Below, one piece after another: positions 33,099-41,175 of a stretch of 63,883 nt of DNA. The notes below the pieces were generated by a model. The model saw nothing but the letters and a program-made list of their open reading frames with translations, was not told where the DNA came from and did no database searches. Position 1 is the first letter of the stretch. Each line of letters starts with the position of its first letter. A program made the translations under genes and the position numbers. The stretch comes from an uncultured Legionellales bacterium (GTDB taxonomy: Bacteria; Pseudomonadota; Gammaproteobacteria; Eutrophobiales; Eutrophobiaceae), in the NCBI GenBank assembly GCA_913045195.1, contig CAJWQR010000004.1, forward strand, positions 1-63,883, written 5' to 3'.

Positions 33099-33878
33099 TT
33101 ACTTATTGTAACCGCATAGGGCGTGTAGCGCATCTTTGTCTTTAATTGATAATATCTTTTTATCTACATCTAGTAATTCAGTTCTCTTAAATTTAGTGAA
33201 AACACGGCTCACCGTTTCAACTGCAAGACCTAAGTAATTACCTATTTCCTGCCTAGACATTGGTAAATTAAATACTGTAGATGAGTAACCAAGCTTTGCA
33301 AATCGATTAGATAAACTCATTATGAATATTGCTAGCTTTTCATCAGCCGTTCTTTTGCTAAGCGTAAGGATCAAATCATGCTCAGTTGATATTTCATCGC
33401 TTAGTAATCTGAACATTTGATCTTGAAATTCGGGTATTTCCGCGCAAATTAAACTCATTTTTTCGAAAGGTAATTTACAATACGATAATGTTTCGAGTGC
33501 TATTGCATAGCATATGTATTTTTCCTTGTTTATGGCATCAAAACCAATAACTTCGCCGGGGAAATAAAAACCTATAATTTGTTCTTCGCCATTTTTATCG
33601 AGAACATATACCTTTACTGAACCAGTACGAATTGCAAATAATGACTTAAAATCATCACCAGGAAGATATAAGTGATTGCCTTTTGCTATAGGGGGAGAAT
33701 TTTTAATAATATAATCAAGTTTATCTAAATTCTCTTTTTTCAAACCTCGCGGCAAACATAACTCACTTAAACTGCAGGTTACACAAGAAACCCTAGGACT
33801 TCTAAAAATACTTCTTCCAGCAATTTCCTTTGTATTTTCTTTTGTTATCGTCATTATGCAAGATTCCATTTTTGGCAA
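33099..33878 (-). CDS. fnr: oxygen-sensing CRP/FNR-family regulator (Fnr/Anr type)
   Basis: The N-terminal cluster C-x2-C-x5-C (SCVTCSLSELC) and a central Cys in ALETLSYCKLPF align with E. coli FNR C20/C23/C29/C122. It has a cNMP-like barrel and the recognition helix ETVSR (the E--SR motif that reads TTGAT). The true start is probably an internal ATG (MESC...). Confidence 0.9.
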   Translation of the reverse strand: MPKMESCIMTITKENTKEIAGRSIFRSPRVSCVTCSLSELCLPRGLKKENLDKLDYIIKNSPPIAKGNHLYLPGDDFKSLFAIRTGSVKVYVLDKNGEEQIIGFYFPGEVIGFDAINKEKYICYAIALETLSYCKLPFEKMSLICAEIPEFQDQMFRLLSDEISTEHDLILTLSKRTADEKLAIFIMSLSNRFAKLGYSSTVFNLPMSRQEIGNYLGLAVETVSRVFTKFKRTELLDVDKKILSIKDKDALHALCGYNK

Positions 33879-33952
33879 AATAGATTGAGTATGTTTTAAC
33901 CTATTTCATTTCTCTTAAACGTCCAAATCTACTGAAATTATCCTTTTCCCAA

Positions 33953-33966
33953 TTGATCTAGATCAA
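33953..33966. promoter_or_regulatory. FNR box A, TTGATCTAGATCAA (perfect), upstream of fnr
   Basis: It matches TTGAT-N4-ATCAA exactly and lies within the 18-bp palindrome AATTGATCTAGATCAATT. It sits about 75-90 nt upstream of the fnr start candidates. Confidence 0.7.
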
Positions 33967-34106
33967 TTATTGGGGAGGTAATTATATAACCAAGCAAAAA
34001 TAGCGCCACCGAAAGCACCGTTTATATAGTGAAATACAGGGGATGGCAGACGCTTTTTAGCAAGCCTCCTAAAATCTTGAAAATTGTGGCAGTTTGTCAG
34101 TCTCAT
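33963..34106 (-). pseudogene. possible N-terminal remnant of an FMN-dependent alpha-hydroxy-acid (L-lactate) dehydrogenase gene
   Basis: MRLTNCHNFQDFRRLAKKRLPSPVFHYINGAFGGA resembles the LldD/glycolate oxidase N-terminus (DYR..A..RLP...FHYMDGGA). The reading frame then stops about 15 codons later, with no rest of the gene. Confidence 0.3.
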
Positions 34107-34265
34107 AATAGTTATTGTAGTGTAAATAAGTATTAAATTTATTGTTATCAACCTAACATATCAAGATATGCCTACCCAATTCGTAAAATTAAAATAACAA
34201 TATACATAAATAAAGTAATAATACTATAAGATACTGATTATAATAGTTTTTTTTTATTTGTCGTC

Positions 34266-34279
34266 TTGATTAAGATCAA
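34266..34279. promoter_or_regulatory. FNR box B, TTGATTAAGATCAA (perfect), promoter of the 34371-40110 operon
   Basis: The consensus match is perfect. TATATT at 34302-34307 sits where the -10 of a class II FNR promoter is expected (box centre about -41.5). The ATG lies about 57 nt downstream of the implied TSS, and GGGAGG precedes the ATG. Confidence 0.7.
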
Positions 34280-34370
34280 ATTGCTAAGAATACAAATCCT
34301 ATATATTTACCCTTTAATCTAGCATCAGAAGAAAGTGATTTAAATTTAATGCGCAAACGGGAGGTATAAA

Positions 34371-36059
34371 ATGGCGTCCATTACTCACCTCACGAAACCG
34401 CAACGTTGGGATTCTCCTTATGATCCTGAAATGAGTGAAAAAGATGTTGCGTGGCTCATGGATCAACCCGAAATTATTACTCTTGATGCCGAAGCTTACC
34501 CCGAGCACACACCGCTAAAGGGTATTCTTAAAAATGACACGCGACTCCTACATTATAAAGTTGGTGACATCATCGTTCGAGAAGGTGATTATGGAAATTC
34601 AGCATTCTTAATTTTAAGCGGTAGAGTACGGATTTTTGCTGATAGTTACCCAAGCCTCCTATTAGGGCGTGATAAAAGTACAAAAAAGGGATTCCTTGAT
34701 ACGATAAGTCAAATCTGGACCAACTCGAAAATTCCCGAAGCCCGAGATACAAATAGCTACAAAGCACAGACAGTATGTGATGATCAAAAAATAAAAAATT
34801 ATAAATACAGCACTACAAACCGAATTTTTATCGAAGATATTTCTGAAGTTTTAAAAAAGTTCCATACCATTGAAAAAGGTAAGAGTGAATTATTTGGAGA
34901 ATTGGCTGCGCTTGGTAGAGTTCCTAGAACCGCAACCGTGTTTGCCGAAACTGAGACAACACTTTTAGAAATACGTTGGCAAGGGATCCGGGAAATTCGA
35001 CGATACAATGAAGCCTTTAGACACACAATTGATCAGTGTTATCGGGAAAATGCACTAACCATTCATCTACGCGAAACAGAACTTTTTTCTGAGCTTGACG
35101 AAAATACTTTAAGCAAAATTGCTAATGAAACATTATTTGAAACCTATGGAGGATTTGATTGGTATATTAGTTTTCAGCGCCTGCGCTCTTCTGGTCAATG
35201 GGGTGTCGAACACGAACCAGTGATTGCTCAACAGAATGATTATGCAGACGGCTTGTTGATGATCCGCGCCGGATTTGCACGTGTATCCATTGAATACGGA
35301 AGCGGTCAACGCACCCTTACTTATCTCAGCTCGGGTGATACTTTTGGTTATGAAGAACTTTTTGCTACCTGGGAAAGTGGTAGTCCAGTAAATCTTAAAG
35401 CTTCCTTGACTGCGCTCGGTTACGTGGATGTCCTGCGCGTACCGGGGCGAATCTTAGAGGAATACGTCTTTCCTAAAATTAAATCTTTAGCGTCTATAAA
35501 AACTGAGGCTAATACTAAAACTTTAGTAGATGATGCAATGCTAGAATGGGCGGTAGAAGAACGCTTTATTAACGCCACTAAATCCATGTTAATTGACCTT
35601 AATCGTTGCGTTCGTTGTGATGATTGTGTTCGTGCATGTGCCTCAACACATAATGGAAATCCTCGCTTTATTCGTCATGGTAAAACTTTTAATCATTGGA
35701 TGGTGGTAAATGCATGTATGCATTGTTCTGATCCAGTTTGCATGATTGGTTGTCCTACCGGAGGCATCTATCGTAACGAAATTGATGGAACTGTTGTTAT
35801 CAATGATGATGTTTGTATTGGTTGCTCAAACTGTGCCACAGCATGTCCCTACAACAATATTCAAATGGTTAAAATTAGGAGTGAATCGGGTGAAGAATTA
35901 TTCGATCGCGAAACAAACAAACCAATTCTCAAAGCAACAAAATGTGATCTCTGTTCGACAACTCCAGGCGGTCCTGCCTGTGTGCGCGCCTGCTCACACG
36001 ATGCTCTGAGTCGTGTTGATTTTCGTCGGGAAATGTTTGTGGATGATGATACATTATGA
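34371..36059 (+). CDS. cytoplasmic fusion protein: two cyclic-nucleotide-binding domains plus a DmsB/NrfC-type four-cluster [4Fe-4S] ferredoxin domain
   Basis: cNMP motifs are GDIIVREGDYGNSAFLILSGRVRIF...ELFGELAALGRVPRTATVFA, plus a second, more divergent barrel. Sixteen Cys fall in four motifs: CVRCDDCVRAC, CMHCSDPVCMIGCP, CIGCSNCATACP and CDLCSTTPGGPACVRAC (aa 413-541). There is no signal or Tat motif. Confidence 0.8.
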   Translation: MASITHLTKPQRWDSPYDPEMSEKDVAWLMDQPEIITLDAEAYPEHTPLKGILKNDTRLLHYKVGDIIVREGDYGNSAFLILSGRVRIFADSYPSLLLGRDKSTKKGFLDTISQIWTNSKIPEARDTNSYKAQTVCDDQKIKNYKYSTTNRIFIEDISEVLKKFHTIEKGKSELFGELAALGRVPRTATVFAETETTLLEIRWQGIREIRRYNEAFRHTIDQCYRENALTIHLRETELFSELDENTLSKIANETLFETYGGFDWYISFQRLRSSGQWGVEHEPVIAQQNDYADGLLMIRAGFARVSIEYGSGQRTLTYLSSGDTFGYEELFATWESGSPVNLKASLTALGYVDVLRVPGRILEEYVFPKIKSLASIKTEANTKTLVDDAMLEWAVEERFINATKSMLIDLNRCVRCDDCVRACASTHNGNPRFIRHGKTFNHWMVVNACMHCSDPVCMIGCPTGGIYRNEIDGTVVINDDVCIGCSNCATACPYNNIQMVKIRSESGEELFDRETNKPILKATKCDLCSTTPGGPACVRACSHDALSRVDFRREMFVDDDTL

Positions 36060-36874
36060 ATTCCATCCGTATGTATCACATTTTAATTTGGCTGATTGCT
36101 GGAATCATCTTTGGTTTATTAGCAATTAAAGATCAATCAATTCATGCGCGCCTTGGAAATCCAAGTGAACTGACTGGTTATTGCTTGCTCGTAACTATAG
36201 TCTTCTTGGCGTTTTTTAATATTCGTAAACGTTTATCAATGTTACCAATGATCGGTAAAGCTTCAACTTGGTTTATGCTGCATACCGTGGGTGGTTTTTT
36301 TGTTTTGGCTGTTTATTGGCTTCATACAAAGACAATTTGGCCTACAGGTATGTATGAAAAATCTCTGGCTATTTTATTTTACCTTACTGTGACTAGTGGG
36401 ATCATTGGTTACCTTATTCAGCAGATCTATCCAAAACTTTTGACACAAACTGGCGTTGAAGTCATTTTTGAACGTATCCCTCTCCGTATAAGCAAACTAC
36501 GTCAAAAAGCTGAAGAAACGATGCTTAAGTGTTGCAATAAAAGTGGAGTAGAAACACTTGGCAAACACTATCTGGATACATTGCAGTGGTTTTTCGCAGA
36601 ACCTAGATTTACATTTCAACACCTGATCGGTAGTCAACGCAGCCAGCAATGGATTCAGCATCAAGATAATGCAGTTCGCCGTTATCTTAATATAGATGAA
36701 CAAAAGTATCTTAATGAACTGAGTCAGCTCGCTTATCAAAAAAATATTATTGATATTCATTATACCTTGCAGGGTGCGATGAAATGCTGGCTACTTATAC
36801 ATATTCCACTAACCTCAGCATTAATGTTGCTGTCCTTTTGGCATTTTCTCGTTGTTAACGTGTACGCGTTATGA
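36056..36874 (+). CDS. 5-TM integral membrane protein with two H-x13-H pairs (putative diheme b-type cytochrome)
   Basis: 272 aa. TM3 is FMLHTVGGFFVLAVYWLHT (H76/H90) and TM5 is WLLIHIPLTSALMLLSFWHFLV (H249/H263). It has 4-nt ATGA overlaps with both neighbours. I recognise no family. Confidence 0.6.
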   Translation: MNSIRMYHILIWLIAGIIFGLLAIKDQSIHARLGNPSELTGYCLLVTIVFLAFFNIRKRLSMLPMIGKASTWFMLHTVGGFFVLAVYWLHTKTIWPTGMYEKSLAILFYLTVTSGIIGYLIQQIYPKLLTQTGVEVIFERIPLRISKLRQKAEETMLKCCNKSGVETLGKHYLDTLQWFFAEPRFTFQHLIGSQRSQQWIQHQDNAVRRYLNIDEQKYLNELSQLAYQKNIIDIHYTLQGAMKCWLLIHIPLTSALMLLSFWHFLVVNVYAL

Positions 36875-38796
36875 CAGAGAAAAATCATTCTGATTTTGAT
36901 CAAAGTGCTTACGAAAGACCAAGCAACAAATATATATGTGGACGAGCTGCTGAATGGGGGGTGCCTTGCAGAGCCGGTCCTAATTTCGATGGCACGTGTG
37001 GATGTGTCGCCGAGTGCGAACCTTTCTTTGTAAATGGGCGTTGGGAATGTCGCCGACCTCAGGTTGATGGAGGTCCTTGTAAAAACGGGCCGAGCCCTGA
37101 GGGTATTTGTGGTTGTACACAATCGCCATGCGTACCACGACGTACAATGCGTTGGTATCGTGGTAGATTATCAATCATCGCTGCAGGAATTATAGTTGCA
37201 TTGCTTGCTGCTTTTACTCATCTTTCCAACGAGAAAAATATTTTTTCAGATGGCTTTCGAATTGGCGCGTTAGATGCCGGAGAATTGACGGACGGACATA
37301 CCGGATTCTTTGAAACGTTAGAGTGTAAAACCTGCCATACAGCACACGAATCAAAACTAACAACATGGTTAATGGCTGTTATCACTGATAGTGATGTTGC
37401 TATAACTAAGGCCTGCGTTAACTGTCATTTATTCGAGGGGGAAGCAACATCGCCGCATAATGCAGTTTTTCCTGCCGATAAAAATATTATAAAAACCGAA
37501 TGCACTATATGCCATAACGAACATAAAGGAGTTAGTGCTGATATTTCTAGTTTAAGTGACGAACAATGTGCATCTTGTCATGAAAAAAAGTTTACTAATT
37601 TTAGTACAGGTCATTCTGATTTTTCGGAAGAATTCCCATATTTTAGACGCACAGCGATCAACTTTGATCACACAACACATCTTACGAAATACTTTCAAGA
37701 TGAGCGTATGAAAAAAGATAAGCGTAAACCCGAAGACGCTCCTGCCGAATGTATAACCTGTCACCAAAACGAATCCGAAGAACGTAACATTAAGCCTCTG
37801 GGTTATGAAAAAATCTGTGCTACTTGTCACACTAACCAAATTCTAAAACGTAAATTAGTGTTTCTACGTTTACCAGAATTCAACGAACCTGATATTGATC
37901 GTGAAGTCGCCATCGAGCTTTGTGGTCCGAATGAAGACGCAGAAGATGAGAACGCTGAAGATTATGAAAGTGTTTCGGTCGACGAGATGAGTGTTATTAC
38001 TTCTTATCTAATGGGTCTAACACCTGATGATCCAGAAAAATATAGTAAAGCTTTTCAAAACTTGATGTTAGGAATGATGGAAGACGGGATATCGCCATTA
38101 ATTGAAATGCTTGAAGAAAACGGGGTTAGACTTAATGCAAATCAATTATTAACTGGACTTAATCCCGAAGCAGCAAAACGCATGGCTTGTGCCTGGGCTA
38201 TGAACTTAGAATACGAGCTCCCTGCCAGTCCTGCTTTTGGTGGATGGTATGGAGATCTTCTTGAATTTATTTACCAACCAAACGGCCATGCCGACATTGT
38301 TATTAAAAGGTGGCTGGATTTTGCGGTTATCGCGGGAGGAGATAATGAAGAGATGATTGAGCGGGCAGAGGTAATGAGGGAATATTTATTGTCAAAAAAA
38401 GATGGGCCTGGAGCTTGCGTAAAATGTCACGCCATTACGCGTGATAAAAAAGAAGGGAAACTACGTATCGAATGGCAATACCATCAAAATGAAAACAGTA
38501 GTTATCAATCTTTTTCTCACCAACGCCATCTCCGTCTTGTCGATCCACAGGGTGTTAAGCTTTCTGATCCCAATCAAGGTTGCGCTAAGTGTCACAAACT
38601 TAATGCTGATGCTGCATATGATTCAAGCTTCGAAGATTATAATCCGATGACATATTCAAGTAACTTTATTTCAATAGAAAAGAAAACTTGTAGTCAATGT
38701 CATGCCAAAGGTCGAATTCGAGAAGATTGTCAGCTCTGTCATAACTACCATAAGGGTTTCGATTTTACTGATCGCGTAACCAGAAATAAAAATTAA
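36871..38796 (+). CDS. inner-membrane-anchored multiheme cytochrome c (10 CxxCH) with an N-terminal cytoplasmic Cys-rich domain
   Basis: 641 aa. The N-terminal 90 aa contain 10 Cys, followed by RRTMRWYRGR and a TM segment (LSIIAAGIIVALLAAF). After that come CKTCH, CVNCH, CTICH, CASCH, CITCH, CATCH, CVKCH, CAKCH, CSQCH and CQLCH. Confidence 0.85.
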   Translation: MTEKNHSDFDQSAYERPSNKYICGRAAEWGVPCRAGPNFDGTCGCVAECEPFFVNGRWECRRPQVDGGPCKNGPSPEGICGCTQSPCVPRRTMRWYRGRLSIIAAGIIVALLAAFTHLSNEKNIFSDGFRIGALDAGELTDGHTGFFETLECKTCHTAHESKLTTWLMAVITDSDVAITKACVNCHLFEGEATSPHNAVFPADKNIIKTECTICHNEHKGVSADISSLSDEQCASCHEKKFTNFSTGHSDFSEEFPYFRRTAINFDHTTHLTKYFQDERMKKDKRKPEDAPAECITCHQNESEERNIKPLGYEKICATCHTNQILKRKLVFLRLPEFNEPDIDREVAIELCGPNEDAEDENAEDYESVSVDEMSVITSYLMGLTPDDPEKYSKAFQNLMLGMMEDGISPLIEMLEENGVRLNANQLLTGLNPEAAKRMACAWAMNLEYELPASPAFGGWYGDLLEFIYQPNGHADIVIKRWLDFAVIAGGDNEEMIERAEVMREYLLSKKDGPGACVKCHAITRDKKEGKLRIEWQYHQNENSSYQSFSHQRHLRLVDPQGVKLSDPNQGCAKCHKLNADAAYDSSFEDYNPMTYSSNFISIEKKTCSQCHAKGRIREDCQLCHNYHKGFDFTDRVTRNKN

Positions 38797-38832
38797 ATAT
38801 CAATATTGTTTATGTAAGACCGGGAGTTAAAA

Positions 38833-40110
38833 ATGGAAATAGATATGCTAATTGATTTATCCGTTATCTCATTTTTAGGGATGTTAACGATCTATATCGG
38901 TAACTGGATCTTAATTAACAATCGACGATCCACTTGGACACGTCGTAATTATGAGATGAATCGACAGCGTTTACAGATCGAGATCGATCTCATTACCGAT
39001 CGTCGAAAAGTTGAGCAAAAAAAATCTGATCATTCCTGGAACGGTTTTCGTAAATTTGAGATCAGTGATAAAGTAAAGGAGGCAAAAGGTATTTTTTCCT
39101 TCTACCTGAAACCACATGATCGTAAACCCTTACCACCATTCGAGCCAGGCCAATTCCTTACTTTTAATCTTCATATTCCGGGCCAAAAAAAACCCGTCAT
39201 TCGATGTTATTCATTATCTGATAGCCCTAATCATCCTGATTACTATCGTGTGACAATTAAGCGTGAACCACCACATAATAAACCAAACATTTTGCCTGGA
39301 TTAGCCTCTAGCTTCTTTCATGATCAATTAAAAATTGGTGATATCGTCGATGTCAAAGCACCGTCAGGACACTTTTTCTTAGATATGTCTTCACACAAAC
39401 CTATTGTATTAATTGGTGGTGGAATTGGTTTAACGCCTGGTCTTAGTATGCTCAATTCCGTCATTGAATCTGGATCACTACGCGAAACACATTTCTTCTA
39501 CGGTGTTCGAAATGGTAAATATCATGCTTTCAAAAAACATTTACAAAAAACTACTCTGGAAAATGAAAACATCCATCTTCATGTCTGTTATTCTGAAGCA
39601 GGTGAAGATGACATAATAGATAAGGATTATCATTATGGTGAAAAAATTAGTGTTGATTTATTAAAACAGCATCTTAAATCCAGTAATTATGAATTCTATC
39701 TTTGCGGACCACCGTCGATGATGGGATCCCTTGTTGAGGAACTTGAAGCCTGGAATGTTCCAGTTAACAGTATTCATTTTGAAGCTTTCGGTCCGGCTAC
39801 GGTCAAAAAAACATCAACTGAAGATAATAAAAAAAGTGTTTCTGGTGCTGAAACTGTCAATGTTAAGTTTGCGCGTTCTAACAAAACAACATCATGGGAT
39901 GCAACTCAAGGATCTATTCTAGAACTTGCCGAAGCAAATGGCATTGTAAATATTATAGCTGGTTGTCGCGCTGGAAATTGTGATAGCTGTATTACGGCAA
40001 TCATGGACGGCGAGGTCAAATATCTTAATCCTCCAGGCTCACCGGCAGAAGATGGGTCCTGTCACACATGTATTTCAGTACCAAAATCAGACATAGTGAT
40101 CGATGCTTAG
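38833..40110 (+). CDS. membrane-anchored ferredoxin-NAD(P)H reductase-like flavoprotein with a C-terminal plant-type [2Fe-2S] domain
   Basis: It has an N-terminal TM segment followed by an RR-rich stretch. Motifs present are FAD RCYSLS, NAD(P)H GGGIGLTP, LCGPPSMM, and C-x4-C-x2-C (CRAGNCDSC) with a distal CHTC. Confidence 0.8.
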   Translation: MEIDMLIDLSVISFLGMLTIYIGNWILINNRRSTWTRRNYEMNRQRLQIEIDLITDRRKVEQKKSDHSWNGFRKFEISDKVKEAKGIFSFYLKPHDRKPLPPFEPGQFLTFNLHIPGQKKPVIRCYSLSDSPNHPDYYRVTIKREPPHNKPNILPGLASSFFHDQLKIGDIVDVKAPSGHFFLDMSSHKPIVLIGGGIGLTPGLSMLNSVIESGSLRETHFFYGVRNGKYHAFKKHLQKTTLENENIHLHVCYSEAGEDDIIDKDYHYGEKISVDLLKQHLKSSNYEFYLCGPPSMMGSLVEELEAWNVPVNSIHFEAFGPATVKKTSTEDNKKSVSGAETVNVKFARSNKTTSWDATQGSILELAEANGIVNIIAGCRAGNCDSCITAIMDGEVKYLNPPGSPAEDGSCHTCISVPKSDIVIDA

Positions 40111-40216
40111 TAATGAATAACAACTCTTGCTTGTCAACAAAACACAGATCTTAATGTAATTTTATACATCAGATATGATGAAATTATTTAGGCACTCACT
40201 AAAATAGGTAAAATAA

Positions 40217-41155
40217 TTAGCATTGTTTTAGGTTTTCCTCGTCTGGACCTGCGCAAGGAATCAGCTTACCAACCAAGCCTGAAAGATCCTTTTCCTTGAT
40301 CGCTTTCATCATTTCACGAGCATTAGTGTCACTTGGTGATTTAATTAGTGCTGCTGCCTCAGGTATAACTTTCAAGATTGCCGCAGCATCAGAAACACGT
40401 TTCAATTGTTCTTCTTTGTATTTTTCATTCTTAGCTTCGGATGCTGCTCTACTGGCGGAAACTAATTTTGCAGCCTGTCCTGCGATAAACAAATTAGCTA
40501 ATTGAGCCTTGGAACGTTTATCTTCCCAGTGACTCATTTTGCCTTGAGAAAACATAACAATCTCAAAGGAATGATTAATTGGGTGTTCCGCTTCTAACAT
40601 TTTACCGAATGCCTCTTCATTGATCTCTTGCCGCGCTAAACCATGACATTTCGCACAATTAACGGCAAGGTCATAATGCATTGAAGCCCAAATTAACCCG
40701 CCAGCAGTAGAATCATTAATCCGTTTGACTTTATGATCTTGAGCCTCTTGTTCTTTCTTAACTTTTTTTCCACCGTAATCAGAGTGAACTGATTCCCAGT
40801 CTGACGAGGCACCGTGACAATTTTCACAGGATGGACCATTCTTTACTTTGGGTTTGTCGTCAGCCTTTTTCTGTTTTGTTGAATAGTGGCAAATAATGCA
40901 ATCTTTGTTCCGTTTCATTCCCTTCTTAGTGCCCACAGCTTCGGCAATTTTCTTCGCATTTTTCTCTTTATGTGCCGTGCGATAGGATGTGAAGTGCTTG
41001 GTTTTCTCCCAAGATTTATATATATCCTCGTGACATTCCTCGCAACTTTCTGGGCCCTGATAATAAGGTTCAGCGATTACAATTGGTATGTGTACGAATG
41101 TTGCAACGAGTATAGTAAATAAAAATAATGTATGTCTGGTTATTGAAACAGGCAT
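40217..41155 (-). CDS. secreted tetraheme cytochrome c (c554-like N-terminal part, helical C-terminal part)
   Basis: It has a signal peptide. The four heme motifs are CEECH, CIICH, CENCH and CAKCH. Confidence 0.8.
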   Translation of the reverse strand: MPVSITRHTLFLFTILVATFVHIPIVIAEPYYQGPESCEECHEDIYKSWEKTKHFTSYRTAHKEKNAKKIAEAVGTKKGMKRNKDCIICHYSTKQKKADDKPKVKNGPSCENCHGASSDWESVHSDYGGKKVKKEQEAQDHKVKRINDSTAGGLIWASMHYDLAVNCAKCHGLARQEINEEAFGKMLEAEHPINHSFEIVMFSQGKMSHWEDKRSKAQLANLFIAGQAAKLVSASRAASEAKNEKYKEEQLKRVSDAAAILKVIPEAAALIKSPSDTNAREMMKAIKEKDLSGLVGKLIPCAGPDEENLKQC

Positions 41156-41175
41156 ACTTCCCTCCCCTTTTTTTT

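Noticed and set aside
34314-34508. Minus-strand 64-aa ORF overlapping the promoter and 5' end of the cNMP/ferredoxin gene
   Set aside because: It is antisense to a well-supported gene start (GGGAGG plus ATG) and spans the predicted -10/TSS. It has no motif support.
36760-37122. Minus-strand 120-aa ORF across the junction of the 5-TM gene and the decaheme gene
   Set aside because: It is antisense to two translationally coupled genes. It stays open only because this stretch is GC-rich.
40111-40216. Bidirectional terminator between the convergent multiheme operons
   Set aside because: I could find only weak, interrupted complementarity (CAGATCTTAATGTA / TACATCAGAT) with no flanking T or A tracts. 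That is not enough to annotate.
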